Shown piece by piece: positions 52,678-62,904 of a DNA stretch of 64,000 nt. The DNA comes from Candidatus Nomurabacteria bacterium (GTDB lineage Bacteria > Patescibacteriota > Minisyncoccia > Phycocordibacterales > UBA9973), in NCBI GenBank assembly GCA_023898605.1, contig CP060230.1, positions 67,944 through 131,943 of the forward strand, given 5' to 3'. The notes under the pieces are model-generated. The model was not told the origin of the DNA. It ran no database searches and was given only the letters and a program-made list of their open reading frames with translations. The translations under genes and the position numbers were made by a program. Positions within the stretch are counted from its first letter, which is position 1. Every line of letters starts with the position of its first letter.

Positions 52678-53865
52678 TTAATTGTTTAATAATTCGATCG
52701 CTTTTTCCATTTGTGGATCTCTACCGTTTTCTACATCTTCTTTTGTGAACTCGACTTCATAATCTGGAGTTAGTCCTTGTTCACTTATAGATATACCGTT
52801 TGGTGTTAGCCATTTTGCTACAGTTATCTTGATAGAAGAATTTTCGGTTACAGGTATTAGTTCTTGTACTGAACCCTTACCAAATGTTTGCTCTCCGACA
52901 AGAGTTGCTTTTCCATGCTCACTCATAGCTCCAGCCATGATTTCTGAAGCTGAAGCAGAACCCTGGTTTACTAGTATTACTACATCGTATCCAGTCCCAA
53001 ACACATTGTAACCTCTACTTCTATATTCTTTTTTCTCACCTTCTTTTCCTATAGATTCTATAACTACAGTTTTACCACTAGGAAGGAACCAGCTAGTCAT
53101 ATCGATTGCGCTATCTAGGTATCCTCCTGGATTGTCTCGAAGGTCAATAATTAGTTTCTTTGTTCCAGACTTTAGAAACCTATTTAGAGAGTCTCTAAAA
53201 TCTACATGTGAGTTTTGAGAGAAACTGTATATTTGTATAACGTATATATTGTTTTCTGTGTCTTTGTAATCGTGAACATTTGGTACGTTTATGACGGCTC
53301 TTTGTACATTGATATCTAGATATTCCTCGTCTCTTTTTAAACCAAGTTTTACAGTAGTTCCTTCTTCGCCTCTTATCAAACTAACGCCTTCGCTTAGAGA
53401 AAGTCCTAGAGTGCTTATGTCGTCAATAGATATAACTATGTCTCCAGATCTGATACCAGCCTTTTCTGCTGGAGATCCTGGTAGTGGTGCAACGACAACT
53501 ATTGCTCCGTCTTTTTCATCTACTTCCATACCAACCCCACTAAACTTACCATTGACTCCTTCTAGGAATTTTTGGCTTTCTTCAGGTGTAAAAAATTCTG
53601 TGTACGGGTCCCCTACTGATTCAGTAAGGCCTTTTATTGAACCCCAGATCTTTTCTTCGTCTGTAACTTCTTTGATTGATTTTGATTCTATTATATTCCA
53701 AACCTTCCAATAAGATGCAAAGTTTGCTTCGCTTTCTTCTGCTAGTGCTCCCTCCCCTAGGCTTACTTCCAGTTTGTGGCTACCTAAAGATATACCAACA
53801 AAAAAAGACAGAACACAGAAAGTTAGTATTGTAAATAGTCTAAAAAGGTTTGTGTTTTTGTTCAT
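52678..53865 (-). CDS. ctpA: S41 C-terminal processing peptidase
   Basis: Has a PDZ region (PAEKAGIRSGDIV), the string NQGSASASEI and the catalytic Lys region. Confidence 0.9.
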   Translation of the reverse strand: MNKNTNLFRLFTILTFCVLSFFVGISLGSHKLEVSLGEGALAEESEANFASYWKVWNIIESKSIKEVTDEEKIWGSIKGLTESVGDPYTEFFTPEESQKFLEGVNGKFSGVGMEVDEKDGAIVVVAPLPGSPAEKAGIRSGDIVISIDDISTLGLSLSEGVSLIRGEEGTTVKLGLKRDEEYLDINVQRAVINVPNVHDYKDTENNIYVIQIYSFSQNSHVDFRDSLNRFLKSGTKKLIIDLRDNPGGYLDSAIDMTSWFLPSGKTVVIESIGKEGEKKEYRSRGYNVFGTGYDVVILVNQGSASASEIMAGAMSEHGKATLVGEQTFGKGSVQELIPVTENSSIKITVAKWLTPNGISISEQGLTPDYEVEFTKEDVENGRDPQMEKAIELLNN

Positions 53866-53909
53866 ATTATCTGAACATTATCTCAAATATAAGGAGTTTT
53901 TTCAACCAA

Positions 53910-55103
53910 CTAATTTCCTGCTTCAGATGGCTCGAGAGCTTTTTCTGTGTATGTATTTGCAGGGTCCCATATAAGCCATGAATCTATACCCGCATCGTAT
54001 GTTGCTGTGATTTGTGCTCTAACCATGTCTGCTGTATATGTCGCACCGAGATTGAAGTCTTGTATCCAAGGGCGCAAGTTTTCTGCTGACTTTCCTATAG
54101 CTATAGCTCTATCTACAGCACTTTTCATTGCAATATAAACAACATCATAAGGAACTTCGGCTGGTTTTGGGAAGCCATGCCATGTGTCTGGATAATGTGA
54201 TGGATACACCATAGGACATACGTAGTCGAAATTGCGAAGCCCGTCTTCTAGAATTTGTCCTATATTTAGATCATCTGTATTTGTAGTGGTCATACCAAAT
54301 AGATCCGCAGAGCTGGGTATGCCGTCAGCTCTAAGCTTGTCACCAATAAAAGTATAAAAAGAGTTCATGACTTCTGACTTAACTTTGCCTTCGGAAACTG
54401 GATAATATATATCTTTCATATCTCCATCTGATGGGAATCTTATGTAATCAAAGTTTATTTCATCAAAACCAAGGTCATAGGAACCTTTTGCAATCCGGTA
54501 AGTATAATCCCAAACCCTTTCACTTCCTGCATCTATCCAACTTATACCTTTTCTGTCTTTCCAAACAGAATTTTTATCGCTAGCTTTTTTTACTGCTTCT
54601 TCTGGCCAAACTTTTACAATATGCGGATCTTGAAATACTGCGACCCTACCTATAACATAAATATTTTTTGAGTGCAGCTCTTCTATAAGAGACTCTATAT
54701 CTCTTATTCTGTTCTCGGTTGATCCTATTTCTTGTATAACTTCGTCATCTATCTGAAAAGCAACTTTTCCAGTGTAGTCCTTGATATCGATTATTATAGA
54801 GTTAACCTCAGTTCTTTCTACAAGAGAAATAACCGAATTTCTTATAGACGGTGTTCCTGCTACCCAACTAGTCATATAGACAGCCTTCATGCTGTCTGGA
54901 GTTTCTATATGAGAAGCTACTTTTTTGGGTTCTTCTTCTACTTCTACCTTGGCTTCGACATCACTTTCGATTAGAGATGTTTCAGCTTCGCTTTTTTGGT
55001 TTATTGCGATTAGTCCGTCTAGTTTTATATCTGGAGCTTTATAACCGACAAAGGTAAAAACACCTAGTCCGATTATTCCAAATATAAAATGATTAAACTT
55101 CAT
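53910..55103 (-). CDS. putative glycoside-hydrolase-like TIM-barrel protein (DUF4015-like)
   Basis: Has an N-terminal anchor and the strings MKAVYMTSW..NSIIIDIKDYTG and FDEINFDYIRFP. Confidence 0.55.
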   Translation of the reverse strand: MKFNHFIFGIIGLGVFTFVGYKAPDIKLDGLIAINQKSEAETSLIESDVEAKVEVEEEPKKVASHIETPDSMKAVYMTSWVAGTPSIRNSVISLVERTEVNSIIIDIKDYTGKVAFQIDDEVIQEIGSTENRIRDIESLIEELHSKNIYVIGRVAVFQDPHIVKVWPEEAVKKASDKNSVWKDRKGISWIDAGSERVWDYTYRIAKGSYDLGFDEINFDYIRFPSDGDMKDIYYPVSEGKVKSEVMNSFYTFIGDKLRADGIPSSADLFGMTTTNTDDLNIGQILEDGLRNFDYVCPMVYPSHYPDTWHGFPKPAEVPYDVVYIAMKSAVDRAIAIGKSAENLRPWIQDFNLGATYTADMVRAQITATYDAGIDSWLIWDPANTYTEKALEPSEAGN

Positions 55104-55467
55104 CTTTTAGATTCAAAACTTCTTTTCTTCTTATTCTTCTTCTTGGTGTTGGTTTTTCTTCTTCACTCATTACTGATATTTCTATCCCACGATCTTCTTC
55201 TGGTTCGTTTTCTGGATCTGAAGACAATTCTTCTTCCTCTTCCATTTCTACAGAAGAATCATCCTCTTCTCCGAAGTTTTCAAATCTAAGAGATCTTTTT
55301 TCTCTTATTAGTTTTGCTCTTCTCTTTTTTCTAAAAGAGTAAGAGAAAAATATGATTACTATACCGGTTATTATATAAAGTATTTTTTTGGTATCAGCTG
55401 GAAATCCAGAAAAAGACAGAACAATATTCCAGATACCAATTATCATCAAGATTCTGTATTTTGCCAT
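55093..55467 (-). CDS. hypothetical membrane protein with acidic tail
   Basis: Has 2 TM helices and a Glu-rich C-terminus. Confidence 0.4.
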   Translation of the reverse strand: MAKYRILMIIGIWNIVLSFSGFPADTKKILYIITGIVIIFFSYSFRKKRRAKLIREKRSLRFENFGEEDDSSVEMEEEEELSSDPENEPEEDRGIEISVMSEEEKPTPRRRIRRKEVLNLKDEV

Positions 55468-55502
55468 GGTCTAATTTTACTTTAAAGCTATATTTTTGGC
55501 AA

Positions 55503-56207
55503 TTATTCTCCCCTCGGATAAACCACTACGGTTATCTCTCCTTTTACAACGGTTTTTCTTTCTAATTCTTTTATAACTTCTTCTGGGTAGCCGTATATAT
55601 GCTCTTCGTATATTTTTGTCATCTCGCGTGATACTAAAATTTTTCTAGTATTGTCTTCTTTTTTTATTTCAGAAATAGTTTTTATTATTCTGTGAGGAGA
55701 CTCGTAAAATACACACGTGTGTTCTGTCGACAAAATTTCTTTGATTGTGGAGAGCTTTCCTTTTTTTGTTGGCATAAAACCAAAAAAAGTAAATTTGTTT
55801 GAGGGTGCACCACTCACAGACAAAGATGCAATAATCGCACTCGGTCCAGGTATGGTGAAAATATTTATTTCGGGGTGATTGTCACGAATCTCTTTTAGAA
55901 GTTTTGATCCAGGATCAGAAATTGCTGGTGTTCCTGCGTCTGTGACGAGTGCTAAGTTTTTACCTTCTAGTAGTAGATCGATTATTTTTTCTGAAGAAAA
56001 AACGTTGCTTTTTGAATGATAAGAAATATATGAATTTTTTATTCCAAAAGAACTGAGCATGGTACCAGTTTTTCTTGTGTCTTCTGCAATTATATAATCA
56101 ACTTCTCGAAGTGTGTTTAGCGCTCTCTCCCCTATGTCTCCTAGATTCCCTATTGGAGTTGCTACGACGTAGAGTGTGCTTTCTGTTTTTTTATTTTCCT
56201 TTGGCAT
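55503..56207 (-). CDS. rsmI: 16S rRNA (cytidine1402-2'-O)-methyltransferase
   Basis: Shows LYVVATPIGNLGDIGERALNTLREVDYIIAEDTR. Confidence 0.9.
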   Translation of the reverse strand: MPKENKKTESTLYVVATPIGNLGDIGERALNTLREVDYIIAEDTRKTGTMLSSFGIKNSYISYHSKSNVFSSEKIIDLLLEGKNLALVTDAGTPAISDPGSKLLKEIRDNHPEINIFTIPGPSAIIASLSVSGAPSNKFTFFGFMPTKKGKLSTIKEILSTEHTCVFYESPHRIIKTISEIKKEDNTRKILVSREMTKIYEEHIYGYPEEVIKELERKTVVKGEITVVVYPRGE

Positions 56208-56997
56208 AAAAGAGTTTTTTACCTACGTGTAGTGGGATAAGCGCGCTAGTAACTTTCTTATATTCTTCGTATTCTTGATTGCCGGCGTATCTTTTTTCTA
56301 GAAGTGGTATGCCAGAAACTTTTGTTATTAGAATAGTTATAGTTATAGGTCCTATAATTCCAAACATAAAACCTTGAGTACACAAAGTCATAAGCCATAT
56401 TCCCCACCAAAGTGTTACTTCTCCAAAATAGTTTGGATGTCTTGTGTATTTCCACAAACCTTCTTTCATTATTTTCCCCTTATTTTCTTCTTTTTTCAAA
56501 AATCTGGAAAGCTCATAATCTCCAACTGTTTCGTATAGAAATCCAGCTACAAAAACAAGAAATCCAAATATAACAAAAATATTTTTGTAAGTTTCTGGAC
56601 TAGTACTCATGCCGATAGATACAGGTAAAACGATTAGAGAAAGCATAAATCCTTGAAGAAGATAAACTTTCAAGAAAGATTTTATTATAAAATTTTTACC
56701 CCACTTTTCTCTCCACTCTTTATATCGCCAGTCTTCTTTTTTGCTAGTATTTCTTTTTGAGATATGTACAAGTAGTCTCGTTGCCCACAAAAACACAAGT
56801 GCAAGGATTATTATTTTTGGAGTATTGATTTCACTTATATTTGTCAGAAAAAAAGAAATCGTTACAAACAAAAATCCAGGCCCCCAAGCGCTATCGGCTA
56901 TATCATTTCGATTTAGAAGCATGCCAAGCAAAAATATAACTGACATGTAGATAGTCGCAAGAATTATATTTGAGATAAGTATTTCTATTATATTCAT
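56191..56997 (-). CDS. DUF1295 / steroid-5-alpha-reductase-like membrane protein
   Basis: Shows GLWKYTRHPNYFGEVTLWWG. Confidence 0.7.
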   Translation of the reverse strand: MNIIEILISNIILATIYMSVIFLLGMLLNRNDIADSAWGPGFLFVTISFFLTNISEINTPKIIILALVFLWATRLLVHISKRNTSKKEDWRYKEWREKWGKNFIIKSFLKVYLLQGFMLSLIVLPVSIGMSTSPETYKNIFVIFGFLVFVAGFLYETVGDYELSRFLKKEENKGKIMKEGLWKYTRHPNYFGEVTLWWGIWLMTLCTQGFMFGIIGPITITILITKVSGIPLLEKRYAGNQEYEEYKKVTSALIPLHVGKKLFYAKGK

Positions 56998-57000
56998 AGC

Positions 57001-57495
57001 TTATTTTAGGAATCTATCTAGGGCTATATTTACCCTTTTTCTAAAGTCTTCTTTTTGGCTTTCAAACTCTGAAACAGGCCCTACATATACGTTTTTTGGG
57101 TCTACAAAGCCCTCTAGAGCGTTGACTACGAGTTTTAGGCCTTCTATACCGCGAGCCCCTCCAACTGTCCCAGAAGAGACGCCACAAAATAGCCACTTTT
57201 TTCCACTATAGTTTGGGACCGCTCCGGCGTCTATCAGCATTTTTAGTTCCCCTGGATATCCATGATTGTATTCTGGTGTGACAACTATAAAGTGCGTTGC
57301 AACTGTGATCAGGTCATTCCACTCTTTTGTTTTTTCTGAAGATAGCCCCTCTGTATAATCATGAGCAAAGTCTCTTACATCTACTGTTTTTATTTTTGTA
57401 CTTCTTTCTTTTACTATATTTACCATCTCAGAAAAAACTTGTTCTGACTCTCTCCCCTCTCTTCCTGTTCCAAGTATGATCAAAATATTTTTCAT
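57001..57495 (-). CDS. NAD(P)H-dependent FMN reductase family protein
   Basis: Shows ILGTGREGR and TPEYNHGYPGELKMLID. Confidence 0.8.
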   Translation of the reverse strand: MKNILIILGTGREGRESEQVFSEMVNIVKERSTKIKTVDVRDFAHDYTEGLSSEKTKEWNDLITVATHFIVVTPEYNHGYPGELKMLIDAGAVPNYSGKKWLFCGVSSGTVGGARGIEGLKLVVNALEGFVDPKNVYVGPVSEFESQKEDFRKRVNIALDRFLK

Positions 57496-57496
57496 A

Positions 57497-58516
57497 TTAT
57501 TTTTTTACGATTATTGTCTGTGTTGGATAAGCAATTTCTATTTTTTCTTTAGTGAATTTTTCGAATATGCTTAGCATTATTTTTTCATTTTTGTTCATAT
57601 AGGTTGCATAGTCACTTGAGTTTACGTAATAAACATTTTCAAAGATTATCGAAGAGTCTCCGAAACTAAGTAGGTTTGATCTATCGAACCTTACATCACT
57701 AACGCTTTCATGTGCAGACTTTATTATTCCAGGTATTTTTTCAAGAACATTTTTTGGTGTGTCATATGATACTCCAACGTTGAAAACTACCCTTCTCTCC
57801 TCCAATCTTTTGAAGTTTTGGATTCTAGAAGATGTTAGGTCACTGTTTGATATAACTATTTGCTCTCCTTGCAAGGCTCTTAATCTCGTTGTTTTTATTC
57901 CTATTTTTTCAACTGTACCCATTTTACCGTCTATCATGATCGTGTCTCCTATTTCAAATGGTTTGTCAAAAAATATAGAAAACGAGCTGAATAGATCAAC
58001 CAATATATTTTGTAAAGCTATCGCGATAGCGATACCACCTATACCAAGTGATGCTGCTAGAGAGGTTATATTTACACCCAAGTTCGACAAAACAAAAAGA
58101 AGTGCGATAACCCATATAACTGCACGTATTATGTTTTGTATAAATAATGCTGCTGACTTGGAGGAATCATTCTCTTCTTTGCCTATATATATTTTTGTAT
58201 AGTGTTTAACTGCAGTATTTATGATTATAACTATTTGTGTTGAAAGAAGTACTAGAAATAACTTGTCTCCCACCGACGAAAGTTTGACTCCTAAATCTTT
58301 TGAGAAAATTAGATAAAACGACAAATAAAGTAGGAACCAGTTTTTAACTGACTTAATCATACTCAATATAAGGTCATCAAACGTATTGGATGTTTTTTTA
58401 GAAAACGACGCAAAACCTTTCTTTATAAGTATGTGTACTATTTTGATTGCCAAAAAAAGTACAGCAAAAATTACAAGATCTCTTATGTATGTATTTTCTA
58501 TAATTTGTTCAAACAT
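57497..58516 (-). CDS. MscS-family mechanosensitive channel
   Basis: Has TM helices and the beta-domain string PFEIGDTIMIDGKMGTVEKIGIKTTRLR. Confidence 0.85.
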   Translation of the reverse strand: MFEQIIENTYIRDLVIFAVLFLAIKIVHILIKKGFASFSKKTSNTFDDLILSMIKSVKNWFLLYLSFYLIFSKDLGVKLSSVGDKLFLVLLSTQIVIIINTAVKHYTKIYIGKEENDSSKSAALFIQNIIRAVIWVIALLFVLSNLGVNITSLAASLGIGGIAIAIALQNILVDLFSSFSIFFDKPFEIGDTIMIDGKMGTVEKIGIKTTRLRALQGEQIVISNSDLTSSRIQNFKRLEERRVVFNVGVSYDTPKNVLEKIPGIIKSAHESVSDVRFDRSNLLSFGDSSIIFENVYYVNSSDYATYMNKNEKIMLSIFEKFTKEKIEIAYPTQTIIVKK

Positions 58517-58518
58517 TT

Positions 58519-59223
58519 TTATATATTTATTGTGTCGGGTTGCGCTGCTTCTTTCTTGTGCATATTTCTTATTTCTCTATGATGTCTTTGGAATTGGAAT
58601 AGAGAGAAAACAAATATTGCAGAACCAACTATACCTATTATGTTTACGATAAATGTAGCGAGCGCATCTCTAACTAGAAGTAGTTCAAGTGAAGCAATAC
58701 CAACTCCGATACCAGCAAGTGGTGGGATAAGAGATACAGCTATTGCGACTCCCGGCATTGCGCCACCTATTCTAGGGTGAGCTATACCATACGATGCAAT
58801 CAACCCAGAAACTGTTGCAGTTAGGAATGATAGAAATAGATCACTAGAGAAAAATATGAAGTTTTGTTCGCTTACACCCTGTCTTCCAAAAAGAAAGGCA
58901 ACAATTGTAGAGAGTATCAATGCAAAAACTACGGATCTTATAACCATCTTGATAGAACTACTCATGATAACTGGATCATTTATAACAACACCAAGACTTA
59001 TGGTAAGTATCGGATAAAGTATCGGTGCTACGAGCATACTGGCGATAAGAACTGGTATGTTGTCTAGCATTATTGCAAAAGTCGCCAGCATAACTGACGC
59101 TACAACTAGAACGAAAAATTCTTGTTTTGGAGATGAGTTTTTAATCAAGAGAGATAGACTGTCTCGGATCTCTTGGTCCGTTACGCCTTTTGTAAGGCTG
59201 AAAAATTTCTTATTTTCTTCCAT
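58519..59223 (-). CDS. DUF389-like hydrophobic membrane protein
   Basis: A polytopic protein. LVAPILYPI and the repeat architecture resemble DUF389. Confidence 0.5.
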   Translation of the reverse strand: MEENKKFFSLTKGVTDQEIRDSLSLLIKNSSPKQEFFVLVVASVMLATFAIMLDNIPVLIASMLVAPILYPILTISLGVVINDPVIMSSSIKMVIRSVVFALILSTIVAFLFGRQGVSEQNFIFFSSDLFLSFLTATVSGLIASYGIAHPRIGGAMPGVAIAVSLIPPLAGIGVGIASLELLLVRDALATFIVNIIGIVGSAIFVFSLFQFQRHHREIRNMHKKEAAQPDTINI

Positions 59224-59311
59224 ATGATATATATGCTATCACAAACGTTCTGGGTTATCTATTTGAGAGAAGTTTAAGCCCCGGAATAGAATCCCGGGGC
59301 TGGTTTCAGAT

Positions 59312-59722
59312 TTAGGCCGCTTTTTTGGCCGGCAGTTTTTGCTCATTTCGAAACTCCTTCGATCCTTTTTTTTGCCAGTGTTGGTGGTATTTCACTTCAA
59401 CATTCTTTCCTGTGTACCATGTGATCTTTACATCAAAGCTTCTCTTTGTGTTTCTGCACTTTATAGTGCCGATGGTTTTTTCAGGAAAAACGTGATTGAA
59501 GAATAAAATATCTTCTTCTGGAGCCACGACATATACGAAAAAATTTTCTTCGAAGAACTTTTGGACAGTTTTGGCTAATCCGTATGCATCGTTTTTGTCC
59601 CACCTTTTGTTATGAGTGGTTATTTTTATGTCCTTGCCGTGAACTCGTCTTAGTGCAATTATTTGCTTGCATCCTTTAGAAAGTTTGTGCCTCGAAATGA
59701 ATACTACTTTTTGTTCTCTCAA
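59312..59722 (-). CDS. hypothetical basic protein
   Basis: Supported only by the ORF. No family was recognised. Confidence 0.35.
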   Translation of the reverse strand: MREQKVVFISRHKLSKGCKQIIALRRVHGKDIKITTHNKRWDKNDAYGLAKTVQKFFEENFFVYVVAPEEDILFFNHVFPEKTIGTIKCRNTKRSFDVKITWYTGKNVEVKYHQHWQKKGSKEFRNEQKLPAKKAA

Positions 59723-59777
59723 ATTTACAAGGGTTTGTTTAACCCAGTTTATAAAAAATAAGAAATTCTGTCAAAAT

Positions 59778-60641
59778 TTACTTTCCAACAGAAAAGAGAT
59801 TGATTCTTTCTTCGATTAGATGTGAGACTGCATCTACTGCAGGTTTTAGAATCTTATACGGAGCGATTTCTTCTGGGTCGTCTTGGAGTGAAAGTTTAAG
59901 GGCGTTTTTATACGCATTTCTTATCTCTGTGTTTATATGAACAACACTTACTCCAGCTTTGATTGCTTCTACGAAATCTTCATCTGTAATTCCAGATCCC
60001 CCATGAAGTACAAGAGGTAGACCAGTAGCTTCTTTGATATCTTTGACTCTTTGTACATCTATTCTAGGATTACCACCTTTTACCATTCCATGTATGTTTC
60101 CTATTGCCGGAGCTAGGATGTGTATACCTGTATCACTGCTATAACTTTTTGCCTCTTCTGGATCTGTCATCGTTATGCCTTCTGGTATTTCTTCTAGATT
60201 CTTTGAAGAGCTACCTATATAGCCTAGCTCTCCTTCTACTAGGACTTCTCTTCCCTCTTTTTCCATAATTTCTTTTGCGTATTCGACACATTGTTTTGTT
60301 AGAGCAACGTTCTCATCATAAGGAAGTTTTGCTCCATCTACGATAACCATGTCGAAACCTGCATCTATAGCAGCTTTTACTTTCTCGAAGCTATAGTGGT
60401 GATCAGCATTTAGAAAAACAGGTATTCCCTCTTTCTCTCTCATGTTTCTGACCATTGCTACTGCTGTGGTTAATCCTACGAAACTTTCTTCTCCTTCTGA
60501 AAGTCCTAGGATTACAGGTTTTCCAGTTTTGCGTGCCGCTGAAATGATTCCGTTAAATATCCCGATTGTTGAGAAGTTGAAGTGTCCTAATGCATAACCC
60601 TCGTCTCTCGCCTCTTGTATGTATTCTTTTAGTGTTTTCAT
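59778..60641 (-). CDS. fba: class II fructose-bisphosphate aldolase
   Basis: Shows GHFNF, ADHH and LVLHGGSG. I prefer the ATG at 60641 to the TTG at 60653. Confidence 0.9.
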   Translation of the reverse strand: MKTLKEYIQEARDEGYALGHFNFSTIGIFNGIISAARKTGKPVILGLSEGEESFVGLTTAVAMVRNMREKEGIPVFLNADHHYSFEKVKAAIDAGFDMVIVDGAKLPYDENVALTKQCVEYAKEIMEKEGREVLVEGELGYIGSSSKNLEEIPEGITMTDPEEAKSYSSDTGIHILAPAIGNIHGMVKGGNPRIDVQRVKDIKEATGLPLVLHGGSGITDEDFVEAIKAGVSVVHINTEIRNAYKNALKLSLQDDPEEIAPYKILKPAVDAVSHLIEERINLFSVGK

Positions 60642-60642
60642 T

Positions 60643-60798
60643 TTATATTCCAAAAAATTTTAATAAATAAATAATAAGTAGTGCAATGATAATAAGCTGA
60701 GCGACCTTGTCAAAAGGATCCTCTAATTTTGCTGTTAGTTTGTAGAATATCCCTAGGATTACTACAACCACAAGAAGCGAAGTTAAACTCTCTATCAT
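60643..60798 (-). CDS. 51-aa two-helix small membrane protein
   Basis: The sequence is MIESLTSLLVVVVILGIFYKLTAKLEDPFDKVAQLIIIALLIIYLLKFFGI. Its stop lies 1 nt before the fba ATG. It is below the track cutoff. Confidence 0.45.
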   Translation of the reverse strand: MIESLTSLLVVVVILGIFYKLTAKLEDPFDKVAQLIIIALLIIYLLKFFGI

Positions 60799-60837
60799 AT
60801 ATGTAGATTATATAACATTTTATGTAAATAAAAAAAG

Positions 60838-61296
60838 TCACGCATCGCGTGACTCTAAATCTTCCCAAAAATCTTTTGTTCTTGTTAATGCAAGAGCAAG
60901 TCCCTTCATGTTGTCTATGGGATTTTTGACTTTTGGACATAATTCACTTGGAATTTCAATTGGGAAGCAATTATACAAAATAACTTTCATATTCTCCAAA
61001 AAAGGATAGTATATACCATCCTTGCTGGGGTTTATTTTCCAGTTGTATAGTATATTTGCTTCCTCGTCTGATATTCTGATACTTTCTCTGACTCGCGTCC
61101 TAAATAATTCCAAATAAATTCTTGCTTTTTCTTTGATTTTTTCTTTTTGGATGTCTGTTTTTGGAGGGTCAGCAATTAGTTGGTTTTCATAGTGTTGAGA
61201 TTTTCTTTGAATCTTTTTACATAAGGACTCAAGAATGTTTTTTTTGACAACTTTTCTCAACTCTGCGATTAATCTTAGGCAGTCGATGTCGGTCAT
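60838..61296 (-). CDS. hypothetical protein
   Basis: The 152-aa ORF has no recognised family. Confidence 0.4.
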   Translation of the reverse strand: MTDIDCLRLIAELRKVVKKNILESLCKKIQRKSQHYENQLIADPPKTDIQKEKIKEKARIYLELFRTRVRESIRISDEEANILYNWKINPSKDGIYYPFLENMKVILYNCFPIEIPSELCPKVKNPIDNMKGLALALTRTKDFWEDLESRDA

Positions 61297-61484
61297 ATTG
61301 TCTTAAGGTGCTTTTCTATATTTATACCATATTTTCCACAGTTTCTCAATAGGTTTTATATGATATAATTTTATAAACAAAGACTAGAATTTCGAGCATC
61401 TCTGATATAACCCCCAAGAAAAATCGCTATATAACCAATATGGCAGGTCTTTTTGTTTTTATTATTTTTAATTTCTAACTAATC

Positions 61485-62486
61485 ATGGGTATTTTTTCAA
61501 AAAAAATTGATTTTCTCGCGATCGGAGACAACGTAACAGACGCTTTTATAAAAATAAGTGATGCAAAAACTCACTGTAAACTAGATCAAACAAACTGCGA
61601 GCTTTGTGTACGTTTTGGTGACAAGGTTCCTTTTGACGATCTTATCGTTGTTCCGGCTGTTGGTAACGGTCCAAATGCTGCGGTTGCTGCTGCAAGGCTT
61701 GGGCTAAGCTCTGCCCTATCGGCTGCAATGGGAAAAGATACTTATGGAAAAGAGTGTCTAGAAGCACTCAAGAAAAATGAAGTCATAACTGACTATATAG
61801 ATATTGATCCAAAACTTCCTACAAACTATCACTTTATATTATGGTATGACGTAGAAAGAACTATACTTGTAAAGCATCAAGCATATGTAAGAAAACTAAA
61901 TCCAAAGATGCCAAAGCCAAGATATATATATCTAACATCTTTGGGAGAGAACACTCTAGATTTTCACAACGAGATCGCTGATTATCTAGAAAAAAACCAA
62001 GATATATTTCTTGCCTTCCAGCCCGGAACATTTCAAATGAAAATGGGTATAGAGAAACTAGGAAGAATCTACTCTAGATCAAACCTGTTTTTCTGCAATG
62101 TAGAAGAAGCACAAAGAATACTCGGAGAAGAATCGAGAGATGTAAGTATGCTTCTAGACAAGATTCATAATCTTGGACCAAAAAATGTTGTTATAACTGA
62201 CGGTATAGAGGGTGCATATGCCAGAGAAGAAAATGGCAAGAAATTCTTCGTGCCTGTTTACCCTCACGAACCATTTGAAAGAACTGGTGCTGGAGACGCT
62301 TTTGCATCTACTGTTACTGCTTACCTTGCAATGGGACTAACTTTCGAAGAAGCTCTGATAAGAGGCCCTATAAACTCTATGTCTGTAGTTCAGAAAATTG
62401 GCGCACAAGAAGGCCTACTTCCTAAAAAAGATCTAGAAGACTACCTAGCAAAAGCTCCTAGTGATTACAAAATCAAGGAGATATAA
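61485..62486 (+). CDS. PfkB-family carbohydrate kinase
   Basis: Shows GNGPNAAV and the anion-hole motif TGAGDAFAS. Confidence 0.85.
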   Translation: MGIFSKKIDFLAIGDNVTDAFIKISDAKTHCKLDQTNCELCVRFGDKVPFDDLIVVPAVGNGPNAAVAAARLGLSSALSAAMGKDTYGKECLEALKKNEVITDYIDIDPKLPTNYHFILWYDVERTILVKHQAYVRKLNPKMPKPRYIYLTSLGENTLDFHNEIADYLEKNQDIFLAFQPGTFQMKMGIEKLGRIYSRSNLFFCNVEEAQRILGEESRDVSMLLDKIHNLGPKNVVITDGIEGAYAREENGKKFFVPVYPHEPFERTGAGDAFASTVTAYLAMGLTFEEALIRGPINSMSVVQKIGAQEGLLPKKDLEDYLAKAPSDYKIKEI

Positions 62487-62492
62487 AACCAT

Positions 62493-62900
62493 ATGATAAG
62501 AGAAGGATTTTTCGGAAAAGATAATAGTGAAAATAATAAAAGACTAGAGAATCTGGGTGTTCAGTTAGAGTTGGATATATCAGAAGAAAAAAGTCCTGAA
62601 CAAGGACCAAAAGTTTTGAAACTTTCTGAAATACCATCATCAGAACTTTCTGACATTTTGGAAGATATGATAAAAGAATCTAGTCCACTAGATTCATGGT
62701 TAGACTTGAGAGATGAGTTCAAAGCAAAGATACAAGATTATGAAGCAAAAATACAAAACATAGAAAATGATCCAGAGTTAGAAAAGGCTGAAAATAAAAT
62801 AATGAGAAAAGAAGGACTTTTGAAAGAATATCATAGCAGTATTGCGTCTCTTAAATCTAGAGTTGAACTTTGTCAAAGAGAAATAAATAAATACAATTAA
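62493..62900 (+). CDS. hypothetical acidic coiled-coil protein
   Basis: The ORF has charged heptad-like sequence. Confidence 0.4.
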   Translation: MIREGFFGKDNSENNKRLENLGVQLELDISEEKSPEQGPKVLKLSEIPSSELSDILEDMIKESSPLDSWLDLRDEFKAKIQDYEAKIQNIENDPELEKAENKIMRKEGLLKEYHSSIASLKSRVELCQREINKYN

Positions 62901-62904
62901 TCTT

